DNA of 64,000 nt from Myxococcota bacterium (GTDB lineage Bacteria > Myxococcota_A > UBA9160 > UBA6930): contig OZ245015.1 of assembly GCA_965223705.1 (NCBI GenBank), forward strand, positions 1,184,001 through 1,248,000, read 5' to 3'. A program made the translations under genes and the position numbers. The notes beneath the pieces were generated by a model that worked only from the letters and a program-made list of their open reading frames with translations, made no database searches and was not told where the DNA came from. Each line of letters begins with the position of its first letter. Positions within the stretch are counted from its first letter, which is position 1. Below, piece by piece: positions 20,867-33,300 of the stretch.

Positions 20867-22650
20867 AGCCAAAAGCCCCAGGTCGCCAGGCGGAACCAGT
20901 CCGCCGCGCGATGCGAGGCGACCCAGTACAAGGAGCGGCGCCCGATCTCAATTTTCGCGAGGCCTTCCATTCCCGGCCGAAGTCCGAGCGTATCGTCGGC
21001 GAGGCCGGCTTCGACCCGGAAAAAGTTCCGGCCTTCTTCGGCCGAGGCCATCGGTGTCACCCGTTCGATGCGGAACGGGTGTTGTTGATGGGGCAGGGCC
21101 GTCAGGGCCAGTCGGCCCGTCTGCCCGATGGCGACGTGCGCGACGTCTCGCTCGTCGACTTCGAGCGTGACCCGATAGGAATCCAAGGGGGCGATTTCGA
21201 AGAGGACTTCGCCTCGCTCCACCGGCGCTCCGAGTGAACGACTGAGGTCGCCCTTGACGATCACCCCGTGAAAAGGGGCGACGAGGCGACTGCGTTCGAT
21301 CTGCACTTCGAGCGCCGCGAGTTCCGCGTCGGCTTGCGCCAGGCGAGCGGCCAGGATTTTCGCTTCCGCGTATTCGCGGCGCGCCCGGGCTTGGCGCTGC
21401 TCCTTTCGGGTTTGCGCGCGGCGCGTCTCCCACTGGACTTTTTCGAGCTCGAGTTCCGTCGCATCGAGCGCCGCGATCAATTCGCCTTCCTCGACGACAT
21501 CGCCGGCTCGGGCCCGGGCCTCGCCGATGTAGCCGTCGCTCGCCGCAACGACCGCTCGTTGAACGGTGCCTTCAAGAACGGCGTCGGCGGATACGCGATG
21601 AGGAACGGGAAGGAACGCGAGGAGGAAGAAGAGGAGGGCGCCAACGGCTGTGGCCTTGCCGACGAAGCGGTTCGGTCCGAGCCAATCTCTGAGTTTCTCC
21701 GTCGCGCGCGCTCTCAGGATGCGCAGAGCCGGTTGCGATTCGCGCTGTCGCGTGGCGAGGACTGGTCCGATCATGGTCGCTGCCGCGTCGCAGAGAGCCT
21801 CCGTCTGCGCGGTGAAGGCCGAGTCTTCGGCCGTCTCGACGAGAACGACGCCACTCGGCACCGCCGTCGAGCGTTCGGAATCCGAACCGCCGAAGGGAAA
21901 CGTCGCTACCACACCGCCGGCGTGCTCTTTCTGGAGAGACGCGTGAGCTGGGAACGTTCCCGCCTCGGCCTCTTCTCCCGGATATCGGATCGGCTCTCCC
22001 TCCGACAGGGTTTCTTCCATCGCTTGCTCGATCGCCGATGCGAGGTCGCTGCTGCGATCGAATTCCGCCGCGTGGGAAATTGCGTGGAGCTCGATTCGCG
22101 TACCCAGCCGAAAGCCGAGGCTCACGCGCGTCAGTCCACCGCGACCGGCGAGCTCCGTGACGAATCGGACGAGAGACGGCTTGAGCTCAGGCGTGTCCGT
22201 CGTCATCGCGAGCAACTCGAGCACGTCTTTCGCCGTCGATGCGCCTTCGCTACTGCCGGTCCGCAAGGTTTCGAGCCACACGGCTCCGCACAAGAGATGC
22301 TGGATCACGGCTTGTTGTGTCGCCGCCGGACGGTGTGGCATGTCGACGACGAGCCCGCCGCGGGTTTGCCCGCTGCTGTGGAGCGGGACGGCCAGCGTGT
22401 CGAAGATCTTGTCGTCGCGCTTGCGCGTCTGGGGATGGAGAGCGGGCTTACCGCTTCCCGCGACCCGCCGCGCTTCGGCGACGCGAGCGGGTTCGGGTTT
22501 TCCGACGCCCTCCGGCCACGCGATCACGTGGCCCCCCGGTGACGGATCGAGGACGGCGACGGCGCGATCTGCGCCCGGCGTCATCGAGCACAACACATGA
22601 AGCCAGCGCGCGGCGAGCGCCTCGGGAGGGCTCGGCACGGAAGCGTTCAA
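20863..22650 (-). CDS. HlyD-family adaptor with N-terminal GAF-like domains
   Basis: Cytoplasmic GAF-like region (LAVPL, AMEE..., GVVLVE), one TM, then lipoyl-coiled coil-lipoyl (APFHGVI, GAPVERGEVLFEIAP, LRPGMEG). Confidence 0.8.
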   Translation of the reverse strand: MNASVPSPPEALAARWLHVLCSMTPGADRAVAVLDPSPGGHVIAWPEGVGKPEPARVAEARRVAGSGKPALHPQTRKRDDKIFDTLAVPLHSSGQTRGGLVVDMPHRPAATQQAVIQHLLCGAVWLETLRTGSSEGASTAKDVLELLAMTTDTPELKPSLVRFVTELAGRGGLTRVSLGFRLGTRIELHAISHAAEFDRSSDLASAIEQAMEETLSEGEPIRYPGEEAEAGTFPAHASLQKEHAGGVVATFPFGGSDSERSTAVPSGVVLVETAEDSAFTAQTEALCDAAATMIGPVLATRQRESQPALRILRARATEKLRDWLGPNRFVGKATAVGALLFFLLAFLPVPHRVSADAVLEGTVQRAVVAASDGYIGEARARAGDVVEEGELIAALDATELELEKVQWETRRAQTRKEQRQARARREYAEAKILAARLAQADAELAALEVQIERSRLVAPFHGVIVKGDLSRSLGAPVERGEVLFEIAPLDSYRVTLEVDERDVAHVAIGQTGRLALTALPHQQHPFRIERVTPMASAEEGRNFFRVEAGLADDTLGLRPGMEGLAKIEIGRRSLYWVASHRAADWFRLATWGFWL

Positions 22651-24461
22651 CGCGCTTTATTCTTCTGACGAAGAAGTTCGTTCCAGCGCTCGGCGGGCAT
22701 CGGTGGACTGAAATAGAAGCCCTGCACGTGATCACACCCGGATTCCACCATGAAGTCGAGCTGGTCGCTGCGCTCGACTCCTTCGGCGACGACCGACAGG
22801 CCCATCCCGTGCGCCAACGCGATGATCGATCGAACGATCGAGACGTCGTCGCCGTCATCGGGGACGCCTTTGACGAAGGAGTGATCGATCTTGAGTTCGC
22901 TGATCGGAAAGCGTTTGAGATAGGCGAGTGAGGAGTAGCCCGTTCCAAAATCATCGATGGAGATTCGTACACCCATCTTGCGGAACTGACCGAGCGTGAG
23001 TGCAGCATGCTCCGGATTCCCCATCAGAATGCTCTCGGTGAGTTCGAGGGTGAGTCGTTCGGGTTCGAGTTGTGTCTCCTCGAGCGCCGTTGCGAGTACG
23101 TGCCGGAGATCGCCGTACTGGAACTGCTCGGCCGAGACATTGACGGCCACACTGAGCGGGAAGTCCGTAAATGCGCCCCAGGACTTTGCCTGTCGACAAG
23201 CTTCGCGGATCGCCCAGCTCCCGAGGCTCCGAATCGTTCCGGTTTCCTCTGCCAACGGAATAAAGCGGGCCGGTGAGAGCTCGCCCAACTTCGGATGAAC
23301 CCACCGCATGAGCGCTTCCGCCCCGATGACTTTCTTCGTGCGGAGATCGATCTTGGGCTGGTAGTGAAGGCGGATCTCGTTCCGATCGAGAGCGCCCCGT
23401 AGCAGGTTCTCGAGCTGCAGTCGCTCCGCCGACTCGGCGTTCTGGCGCGCATTGTAGAACTCGTAGCCGCCGCCACTCGATGAGCCGGCGTGGGTCATGG
23501 CGATCTCGGCGTGGCTCAAGAGTTCCCCGGCTTCGCCGCTGTCGTCCGGGTAGAACGCGATCCCCACGGTGCAGCCGAGGTGAAGGGATTGGCGATCGAG
23601 CAAGAACGGCCGTTCGAAACTCGCAATGACGCGCTTTGCGATCCGGCGCGCATCCTCGCTAGAGCGAGCCCACGGGAGGAACATGGCGAACTCATCGCCG
23701 CCGACACGCGCGATGATGCCGTTGTCGCCGAGCGCGTCTCCGGGTCGTACGGATTCTTCCAAACGCGTCGTCGCGGACTTGAGCAAGAGATCGCCCGCAT
23801 CCCGTCCCAGGGCGTCGTTGATCTTCTGGAAGCGCTGCAAGTCGATATACAGGAGGGCGCAAGAAGCGCGATCGTGGTCGATCCGGCGCAGCGCGCGCTG
23901 CATCTGTTCGGTCAGGGAGAGCCGATTGGGAAGCCCGGTCAGCGGGTCGAAGTACCGCAGGCGGTCTTGGTAGGCCTTCGCGGCGAGCGTGTTGCGGAGG
24001 CGAAGGGCCAACTCACTGGGGTCGACGGGTTTTCCCAGAAAATCCGTGGCACCGAGTTCGAGCGCTTTCAGTTTCGTGTCCGCGTCAGTCGACGACGTCA
24101 GGATGATGATGTTCGAATACTGCAGGGCTTCGTCGTTGCGAACCGCTTGCAGAATCTCGAACCCACCCACGTGGGGCATGTTGAGATCGAGGAGCACGAC
24201 GTCGGGACGGACCCGCGCCAGGGTTTCGAGTGCGTTCCGGGAGTCGGTCTCGCGGACGAAATTGCGATAACCCGCGTCCTGCAGGGCCATTTCCAGGACA
24301 TCGATGGTCGTCTCCTCGTCGTCGACCATCATGACGGTGGCCGATTCGAGGAGGCTCTCTGAGGGACCGCGCAAATCCGGGGTTGTCGCCCGGTTGGCGT
24401 CGACACGTAGAACGGAGGCTTCGGCGAAGCCCGTGTTCTCGGTCTTGTCCTGATCAGACAT
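22647..24461 (-). CDS. response regulator diguanylate cyclase/phosphodiesterase (REC-GGDEF-EAL)
   Basis: VDDE...LLDLNMP...KP receiver; DPLTGLPNR, RVGGDEF; EALMRW, DDFGTGYSSL, AEGVE, QGFY. Confidence 0.93.
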   Translation of the reverse strand: MSDQDKTENTGFAEASVLRVDANRATTPDLRGPSESLLESATVMMVDDEETTIDVLEMALQDAGYRNFVRETDSRNALETLARVRPDVVLLDLNMPHVGGFEILQAVRNDEALQYSNIIILTSSTDADTKLKALELGATDFLGKPVDPSELALRLRNTLAAKAYQDRLRYFDPLTGLPNRLSLTEQMQRALRRIDHDRASCALLYIDLQRFQKINDALGRDAGDLLLKSATTRLEESVRPGDALGDNGIIARVGGDEFAMFLPWARSSEDARRIAKRVIASFERPFLLDRQSLHLGCTVGIAFYPDDSGEAGELLSHAEIAMTHAGSSSGGGYEFYNARQNAESAERLQLENLLRGALDRNEIRLHYQPKIDLRTKKVIGAEALMRWVHPKLGELSPARFIPLAEETGTIRSLGSWAIREACRQAKSWGAFTDFPLSVAVNVSAEQFQYGDLRHVLATALEETQLEPERLTLELTESILMGNPEHAALTLGQFRKMGVRISIDDFGTGYSSLAYLKRFPISELKIDHSFVKGVPDDGDDVSIVRSIIALAHGMGLSVVAEGVERSDQLDFMVESGCDHVQGFYFSPPMPAERWNELLRQKNKAR

Positions 24462-24559
24462 GAAGCCACCGTTCGGGTGCGCAACGCACCCGCCCACCTG
24501 ACCCATCGGCCCACGGGAGCGCTCCCTTGAGCCTGTAACTAATTGTTTTCACGTAGGAT

Positions 24560-27325
24560 TTAGGAAAGCTTGCCGGCGACTTTCCGGATTTCGGAGAGAA
24601 GGCCTTCGATGCCCTCGGGCGAGCCTGACTTCGCTTCGGTCTCGAGCGCGGAGGCGGGCTCGACCAGTAGGTCATACCCCACGGTTCCGGACGCGCCCTT
24701 CAGCCAATGAGCAAAGCCGGCTACGGCGTCCGGGCTCGCGCCGTCGTAGGGGGTCGGGAGCTCTGCGAGCCTCGTCGTCAGGTTCTCGCGGAATTTCACG
24801 AGGACCTTCGCAAAGCGGTCATTGTCGGCAAACCGCGAGCGCAGGTCGCCGTTCTCGAGATCGAACGAAGCGGCGCTCCTCGAAGCTCCGACGGGCGCGA
24901 GTGCGATGCGGTTCGCCATATCGTGGAGCGTGTTGACGAGCGCTTCACATTCCGGCTCTTTCGACTGCAGAGCCGCTTGCTCCAGTTCGGCCGCCGGCTG
25001 TGTGAAGTCATCGAACCCTACGGTTCCGCCGGCGCCTTTCAGCCAATGGGCGAGCTGTGCGAGCTCTCCGAACGCACGCTTGGCAACGGCCGCGTCCATT
25101 TCGCCGAGCTTTTCGGACAAGCGGCCGGCGAACCGTTCGATCGTCGGCTTGAGCTTCGGGTTGTCCGCCAAACGCGAAACGATCGGAGCGGCGACACTCG
25201 GGCGGGGCGCGCTCGTCGGTGCGGGCGATCGATCCGCAGTCTCCGCGGTCGCTTGATGCCGCGTACCGTTGAGAAAGCCGCCGAGACATTCGAGCAGGGC
25301 AGCGATGTCGATGGGCTTCGTGAGGTAGGCGGTGCAACCCGCCTCGATGCATTCCCGCTCGAAACCCTTCATCGCGTTCGCCGTCAGGGCGACGATGGGT
25401 GTCTCCACACCGTGTTCTCGGATTTTTTGGGTCGCCGTGAAACCGTCCATCACGGGCATCTGCATGTCCATCAGAATGGCATCGAACGACTCGCGCTGCG
25501 CGGCCTCCAGCGCGGCCAGGCCGTGCTCCGCCTGCGCGACTTCGAGCCCGGCTTCCTCGAGGACGACCCGGACGAGCTCGCGGTTTTCATCCCCGTCGTC
25601 CACGACGAGGACCCGCGCGGACTCGAATCGCCAGGTCCATTCTTCGCGCTCGGTCTCAGCGCGAGCGGCTTCGTAAGCCTCCTGGGGCGACAAGAAGCGC
25701 TGTTCGCTCACTTCTCCGAGGAGGAGCGTCACCGTAAACGTGCTGCCGACACCCGCGCGACTGGTCGCTTTGATGTCGCCGCCCATGAGCCTCGCAAAGC
25801 GACGACTGATCGGGAGGCCGAGCCCCGTCCCGCCGAACTTCCGCGTGACGGAACTGTCGGCTTGCACGAAGGGATCGAAGATGGCTTCGAGCTTGTCTTC
25901 CGGAACGCCAATACCGCTGTCCTTCACATCGATGGCCAGGGTCTCGTCGTCGACGGCGCGCACCACGAGTTCGACCGCCCCTTCGTCGGTGAACTTGATC
26001 GCGTTGTTGACGAGGTTCGTGATGATCTGACGCAAGCGCGTCGGATCCGACTTCATGAGCGCCGGCGTGTCGCCCTCGGCGCGGACGCTCAAGGTGATGC
26101 CCTTCTCGCGGGCTTTCACGTCGAGTGTCGTCAATACGTCGTGGATCACCGCGTGAGGAGAGAACTCGAGCTCTTCGGTCTCGAGTCGGCCCGACTCGAT
26201 TTTGGAAAGATCGAGGAGGTCGTTGATGAGATCGAGCAAGTGCTGGCCGCTGGTGTGGATGGTCTCGAGATAGCGGTCGCGATCGGTCTCCTCGCGCACC
26301 AGTCCTTGTCGAAGGACGTCCGTAAAACCCAGGATGGCGTTCATCGGCGTTCGAATCTCGTGACTCATGTTGGCCAGGAAGTCGCTCTTCGCACGATTCG
26401 CGGCTTCGGCGTTGCCCTTCGCTTCTTCGAGCTCGGTGACGTCGTCGAGGCTGACCAGCACACCACCGAACTGGCCGCCGGCGCCCAGCACCGGTGAGCA
26501 GTTCGCGATGAACGTGCGTCGCGGTGTTCCCGGGATCTCCAAATGGAGAAGGTCGTTTCGCAGAGGCGCGCCGGCTTCGAGGGCGCGGTCCCACGGAAAC
26601 TGCCCCTCGGGCAGCTCTTCATCTTCTGCGCTCTTCCAGGGTAGTTTCGCCGCCGAGCGCCCAGTGAGCTTATCCGCGTCTTCGCGCGCGAAGGACGCAA
26701 ACGCTTGGTTCGCGAGGACAATCTGGCCGCGCAAGTCGACGACGAGGAGTCCCTCGGCGAGGGTGTCGAGCGCTGAGCGAACGTGGGTCGGCACGGCTTG
26801 CGAAGGGTCGAGTTGCTTCAGGGTCTTCCACAGGTAGACCCAGAATACGAAGAAAGAGACGACGGTCAGCAAGCCGATCAGCCGGAGTCGCGGCTCGTTG
26901 ACAGCGCCCCAGATCCCCGGGCTCGTGAGCGGCTCGAAGCGAAGCTCGACCTGTCCCCAACGGACGCCGGCGGAATACAGCGGAACGACCACTTGCGCGT
27001 CGCTTTTGACATGGGGGTCCCAAGCTTCGTGAGCACCGGTCTGCGTGACGAGCGAGCCGTCTGGCCGGCGAATTCCCGCAGAATGGAGGTCGTCATTGCG
27101 GCCGACGATGAATTCGAGTGTCGCCGTCAGGCGGCGGATGTCGTGGGTGCTCAAGAGCGCCGATCCGCTCGCAGCGATCGATTCCGCCAACATCGCGCGG
27201 CCGGAGCGTTCGGCGCCGATGCGGTCCGGAATCAAGCCAAGACCCGACGCCGCGAGGAGGAGCGTCGAGAGCAAGAAGCTCAGACCCACGGCGATATGGG
27301 TCTTTGCACCCAAGTTGATCTTCAC
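24560..27325 (-). CDS. membrane hybrid histidine kinase (TM-PAS-HisKA-HATPase-REC-Hpt-Hpt)
   Basis: [46 protein letters not shown], two AHWLKGAxGTVG Hpt motifs. Confidence 0.93.
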   Translation of the reverse strand: MKINLGAKTHIAVGLSFLLSTLLLAASGLGLIPDRIGAERSGRAMLAESIAASGSALLSTHDIRRLTATLEFIVGRNDDLHSAGIRRPDGSLVTQTGAHEAWDPHVKSDAQVVVPLYSAGVRWGQVELRFEPLTSPGIWGAVNEPRLRLIGLLTVVSFFVFWVYLWKTLKQLDPSQAVPTHVRSALDTLAEGLLVVDLRGQIVLANQAFASFAREDADKLTGRSAAKLPWKSAEDEELPEGQFPWDRALEAGAPLRNDLLHLEIPGTPRRTFIANCSPVLGAGGQFGGVLVSLDDVTELEEAKGNAEAANRAKSDFLANMSHEIRTPMNAILGFTDVLRQGLVREETDRDRYLETIHTSGQHLLDLINDLLDLSKIESGRLETEELEFSPHAVIHDVLTTLDVKAREKGITLSVRAEGDTPALMKSDPTRLRQIITNLVNNAIKFTDEGAVELVVRAVDDETLAIDVKDSGIGVPEDKLEAIFDPFVQADSSVTRKFGGTGLGLPISRRFARLMGGDIKATSRAGVGSTFTVTLLLGEVSEQRFLSPQEAYEAARAETEREEWTWRFESARVLVVDDGDENRELVRVVLEEAGLEVAQAEHGLAALEAAQRESFDAILMDMQMPVMDGFTATQKIREHGVETPIVALTANAMKGFERECIEAGCTAYLTKPIDIAALLECLGGFLNGTRHQATAETADRSPAPTSAPRPSVAAPIVSRLADNPKLKPTIERFAGRLSEKLGEMDAAVAKRAFGELAQLAHWLKGAGGTVGFDDFTQPAAELEQAALQSKEPECEALVNTLHDMANRIALAPVGASRSAASFDLENGDLRSRFADNDRFAKVLVKFRENLTTRLAELPTPYDGASPDAVAGFAHWLKGASGTVGYDLLVEPASALETEAKSGSPEGIEGLLSEIRKVAGKLS

Positions 27326-27395
27326 AGATTGGACTACCCGGGGGTGGGACGTTCCTCTGCCCGTATCGGCAGCCGGCCAACCGAGCCGTAGAACG

Positions 27396-30300
27396 CTAGG
27401 ACGGTGCTCGCGTGGTGTCCGGGCGCTTCCGCTCTTCCGAATCCGCGCCTTCTTCGTCCTGCTCGGCTTCGAGGAGCTCCTCGAGGGATTCGCCGTCTTC
27501 GGTCATACCCCCGGCGAGGCTCGCCAGAATCGGCGTCGGGTCCATCAGCTGCCACGCCGGCATGGACGAGACGAGACTCGCGAGGAGCAAGCCACCGCGC
27601 GTGAGCCAGACGACGTAGCCCACCGAGAGGCCGGTCGTCACCGCGAACGCGGAACCGACCACGGTCTGCTCGATTTCCAGCGCGCCGGTGAATTGATCTC
27701 GGAGCGCGTCGAGTTCACCCAACAAGCTCTCCTGGGCATTCGCGAACAAGAGCTCACTGAGCGAGACCTCGGGAAGAACTTTTTCGATCAGTTTTTCGAC
27801 CAGTGCCCGCACCGCCGGGTGATCGACGTCGAGCGTGGCCGAGGCGTCCACCGTCGCGGCCGCCGCTTCGAACGTGAACGCCGTTGTGGTCGCCGCGTCG
27901 GATTCGTCGCGCTGAGCCTCTTCTAGAATGCCGCGACCCAGACGATCTTGGCCTGATTCCGTCGACGCGACCGGTCCGGCGACAGGCCCCGGGGCCTCGG
28001 CTGCGCTCTCTCCCGAGTCTTCGCCAGCGGCCTCCTCGCCGCCGCTCTCACCGACATCCGGCGTCGGAGCCGGCGCGGGCGGTGGGGTGGGGGTGTTGCC
28101 GACGAATGTACCGATGCGGGAGTACGCCCCACTGATAGCGGTGGTACCGCCGTGAATACTCGCGTCGCAATTCGTTCGGTTCTCGATTCCACCGTTCGTC
28201 GAGGAAAATCCCCCGCTGTAGGTGTTGTCGATGGCCCGCAACACGAGAGGCGGGGGCGTTCCGGCGAAACCCGGCTGCGGTACGAACCGCACGCGCGCGT
28301 TCGCATGGAGGACCAGCGCGGTCGCATCGTCGCCGACGCTACCGATGTCGGCCCAGTTCGTTCCGTCCGTCGAGTATTGCCAACTGCCGCCGCTCCAGGT
28401 GGCGCTCGGGTTTCCAACCACTGCAACACCCGCGAGGCTCGATCCGGCATCGACGTCGCCGATGGCGCCGCCGAGGAGCGCCGCAATCCGCTCGCCGAGG
28501 GGCTTCGCCTGACCGTTCGGAAGGGGAGCGAGCCCAACGCTCGCGGCGCCGGGTGCGTCGTTGACGGCGCTCGTCGAGACCGAGGCGACGTTGCCGGCCA
28601 CCGAGAAGGGCGTCTGACCGCCGCGTATCGACGCGTCCGCTAAGCCGCCGGCGACTCCTTGGGATTGATCCCAGCCGTGGAACGCCAAGTTACCGCCGCC
28701 GGCGTTCATGCCGTCGGGGCGGAAACGGACGAGGTCGGTAGCGCGCAGGAGTTTCGCCGCGCTGGTGGAAGTTCCGGCGAGCAGGTTCCAGTTCGCACCA
28801 CCGTCGGTGGAGTACTGCCAAAAACCGTTCATCGCATTGGTCGTCGTGACGGCAATGCCTTCGACCGACAGCACGTCCGGGTCGCTCAGCGAGCCGCCCA
28901 AGATCGACGCCACGGTGACGCCGCCGTTCGCGACGTCGTCCTCGGTGATCCCCGGGAGTGCAGGGGAAGCGTTGGCCAGCGTCGGCGCATCGTTGACGGA
29001 TGAGGTCACCACGGATGAGGTGGTGTCCGAATATGTCCCGCCCGACGAGTCCTGGACCCAGATCGTGAACTGCGTGGTTTCGCTCAAGCCGGGTTGCACG
29101 CGATTCGGGGTGGGCGTGAAGACGAGGCTTCGGATCGCGCCCTCGGCCGCGGCCGCTGTGCCCGTGAATTGGTAGACGCCGCCCCCGAGGTTGGAGAAGC
29201 CGCCGCCCGCCAGGGTGCCCTTCGCGCCGTTGTCGAGCCGGACTTCGACGACGAGATTCTCCGCGTCGAGGTCGCTGAACGTAACGGTTCCGAACGGCGC
29301 CATGGGAGTGTTGTCGGTCGCGGGTTGTCCCGCGGCGGTGCCGCCGATGACGGTCGCGTCGTTGATCGAAGTGGAGACCACCGTGGTGGTGTTGTCGATG
29401 ACCGGGCCGCTGCTGTCGGTCACGGCAATCGAGAAGGTCGTGGTCTCGGTGAGGCCCGGCGCGACGCGGTTTTCCGTCGGGTCGAAGACGAGTGCGCGGA
29501 TCGCAGTTTGGGCGGACGCGGCAGTTCCCGAGAACTGGTAGTGCCCGCCGCCCAAGTCCGTGAAGCCGCCTCCGCTGAGCGCGCCCTTCGTCGCGGTGTC
29601 GAGCTGGACGTCCACGGTCAGGATCTCGCCGTCGGGTTCGGCAATCGTGACACCCGAGAACGGGGCCAGTGTCGCGTTGTCGTTGACCGATTGACCGGAG
29701 ACAGCTCCTCCGATCGACGCCGGGTCGCCGACGGAGGTCGACACGACCGTCGTGGCGTTGTTCGAGACCGGTCCCGCGCCGTCCGTGACGGTGATCGTGA
29801 ATGTGGTCGTTTCGGTAAGGCCGGGCGCGACACGATTCTCGGTGGGATCGAAGGTCAGGTTGCGGATGGCGGCCTGCGCGGCAGCCGCCGAACCCGTGAA
29901 TCGGTAGCTACCACCGCCGAGGTCGGTGAAACCGGCGCCGGTGAGGACGCCTTTCGCGCCGTCATCGAGTTGAACGTCGACGACGAGGTTCTCGCCGTCG
30001 GGGTCGGCAATCGACGCTCGAAAACGGCGCGATCGTCGCGTTGTCGTTGACGGGCGTTGGCCACCGTGCCACCGATCGGTCGCGTCGTTGATCGAGGTCG
30101 ATACGACCGTCGTGGCGTTGTTCGAGACCGAACCCACGCCGTCCGCCACGGTGATGGTAAATCCGGTGGTCTCGGTGAGCCCCGGTGCGACTCGATTCTC
30201 CGTCGGGTCGAAAACGAGCGCGCGAATCGCGGTCTGCGCTGCGGCCGCTGTGCCCGTGAACTGGTAGAGCCCGCCGCCGAGATCGGTGAAACCGCCGCCG

Positions 30301-33300
30301 GTCAGTACGCCTTTGGCCCCGTCGTCGAGCTGGACATCGACGACCACGTTCTCCGCATCGGGATCGGCAATGGAAACGGTCGCAAACGGAGCGATGGAAG
30401 CGTTGTCGTTCACCGCCTGATTCGCGACGGTGCCGGCGATGCTCCCAGAATCGTTGATCGAGGTCGAGACGACGGAGGTCGTGTTGTCGATCACCGGTCC
30501 GCTGCTGTCGGTGATCGTGATGCTGAACGTCGTGGTTTCCGTGAGCCCGGGGGCCACGCGATTGTCGGTCGGGTCGAACACGAGCGCGCGGATCGCCGTC
30601 TGCGCCGCAGCCGCTGTGCCCGTGAACTGATAATGCCCTCCGCCGAGGTCGGTGAAACCGCCGCCGGTCAGTACGCCTTTCGCGCCGTCGTCGAGCTGGA
30701 CATCGACCACGACGTTCTCGGCGTCGGGGTCGGCGATGGTGACGGTGGAGAAGGGCGAGATCGAAGCGTTGTCGTTCACGGCCTGGTTGGCGACGGTGCC
30801 GCCGATGGCGCTCGGATCGTTGACCGAGGTGGAGATCACCGGTGGCGTTGTTCGAGACCGGCCCACCGGAGTCCGTGACCTTGATCTCAAAGCTGGTCGT
30901 TTCAGTGGCACCCGGTGCGACTCGATTCTCCGTCGGGTCAAACACGAGCGCGCGAATCGCGGTCTGCGCTGCGGCCGCTGTGCCCGTGAACTGGTAGAGC
31001 CCGCCGCCGAGATCGGTGAAACCGCCGCCGGTCAGTACGCCTTTGGCCCCGTCGTCGAGCTGGACATCGACCACGACGTTCTCGGCGTCGGGGTCGGCGA
31101 TGGTAACGGTGGAGAAGGGCGAGATCGAAGCGTTGTCGTTCACGGCCTGGTTGGCGACGGTGCCACCGATCGCGCTCGGATCGTTGACCGACGTCGAGAT
31201 CACCGTGGTGGTGTTGTTCGATACCGGGTCGATGCCATCCGAAACGGTCACGGAGAACGTCGTGGTCTCGGTCAGGCCGGGTGCCACGCGATGGTCCGTA
31301 GCATCGAAGATGAGGGCACGGATCGCGGTTTGCGCTGCGGCCGCCGACCCGGAGAACTGGTAGAGGCCGCTGCCCATGTCGGTGAACCCACCGCCGGCAA
31401 GCGTTCCCTTCGCGGGGTCGTCGAGCTGGATCTTGATGGTCAAGGCGTTGCCGTCGACGTCGTCGACGGTCACCGCCGCGAACGGGGCGATGTTCTGATC
31501 GTCGTCGACGGTCTGACCCACTTGGAAGCCGCCGATGCTCGGCGCCGTGTTTGCGGCGGGGGCGACGAGCGTGAACGCGTCGAGCTCTTCTCCGCCCGCA
31601 CCTCCCAACCCGACGTCGGCGCCTTCGAACACGAGCTCGGCCGTGGCGCTGCTGTTGCCGACGCCGGCCCCGAGCTCGGTCGCCGTCACGTGGAGCGCAA
31701 AGATGTCGTTTTCCGTGACGGACACGTTGTTCGTTCCCAACGTATCGCTGCTGTGCACGGTGGCCAGCAGCGTGCCGGCCGCGAACGTTCGCCCGCCAAT
31801 CACGGTCGCGGATTCAAGCAGCTCGAGGCCATGGAGATGCTGATCGATGCCAAAGACGTCGCCTTCGAGCAATTTGCTCGCTGTGCCCGTCGTGTTTCCG
31901 GCGCCCACGGTCCCTGTCTCGAACACCCAGACGTCTTCATCATCCGAGCCACCGCTCCGCGTAAAGAGGAAATCACCTGCGTCCACGGTGTAGTCGCCGA
32001 TCGTCGTGTTCGATTCGACGAGCGTGATGCCGCGGATGTTGTTGCCGCCAGCGGGGGATTCGAGGAGCATCGCGAAGGTCCCGTCGCTGTAGTCGCCCGG
32101 CGCGACGGGTCGATAGACGAACACATCCTCATCGGTCTGCGGAAGCGAGTTGGAAAAGCCCGGGTCGAGGACCGGTGCCGTCGACGACAACGTCCCATTC
32201 GACGAGAGGGACATCAGAAGGTCGCCCGCCTTCAACTGAAAACCGGCGACCACCATATCCCGACTGACGTAGTGGACGGCGTTCGTCTCGGCACCGTTCG
32301 CGAAATCGACGGCGACCGAAAAGTTGCCGCCAGAGACGCCCGGTTCGATCTGGACGTCGGAAATTTGGACAACGTCGTCGCTGTCCCACGACGTCGCGCC
32401 GTTCGTCGGCGCACCGGACACGTTGCCTTTCGTGGAGATCCAGAACGACTCTCCGGAGCTTCCGACCGGACTGTCCTGATCCCACAGGAACAAGAAAGGC
32501 TGGCCGATGATGGTTCCGGCGCCCCCCTCGACTTCGGTGGGGGTCCCCCAGGTGCTCCCGTCCCACAGGGTGAAGTTTACGTCCAGCAAGCTGTCGAGTG
32601 TCGAGGCCATGATCCGGTCCGAGTCCGGATCGGAGCTCAGCGTGATCGTGCTCGTGACGGCGAAGCTGCCGAGATCGAATGCGACGGATTCACCCGACCA
32701 GGTGCCTCCGCTCCAGGTCTTGTAGTAGACGGTCGAACTGAATTCGGAGTACAGCGCCATCGCGTCGCCACTCTGGCTCTCAAACGCGACAGCGATTCCG
32801 TACGTGCTCGTGCCGGCACCATCGGTGGTTCCCAACTCGGAAGCTTCCCAGGTACTGCCGTCCCAGACGCTGAAGAACTTGTCGCGATCACTGGTCGTCG
32901 CGCCCATGATGATGCGGTCGCTGTTGGGGTCCGACGCAGCAACGGTCCATTGCGTGACGCCCGTGACACTCGCGTGGGCGGGAATGCTGGATTCACCGCC
33001 CCAGGAGCTCCCGTTCCACATCCGGTAGTAAGCGTTCTGGTCCGCCTTGCCGTAGATGACCATGGCGTCGCCACTTTGTTGCTCGTATGCGACCGAAATA
33101 TCGGTGTTGCCCACGGCGCCGGTGCCGTCGCTTAGATAGGTCCCGTTGCCCCAGCTGTCTCCGTCCCATACCAGCGCGTAGTCTTCGTTGGATGCGTTGG
33201 TCACCGCGAGCACCATCTCGTCGCTCCCCGGGCTTGTGGCGAGCTTCATATGGCTCATCTCGCCGTTGTAGGAGGGAGTGTTGATGGCAGTTGCCGCGGA

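Noticed and set aside
30835..30845. Programmed ribosomal frameshift joining the two halves of the giant protein
   Set aside because: No slippery heptamer, and three similar lesions nearby point to indel errors or decay
28990..31545. Possible CRISPR array or non-coding repeat
   Set aside because: The period is ~360 bp, in frame and protein-coding; there is no short repeat/unique spacer pattern and no cas genes
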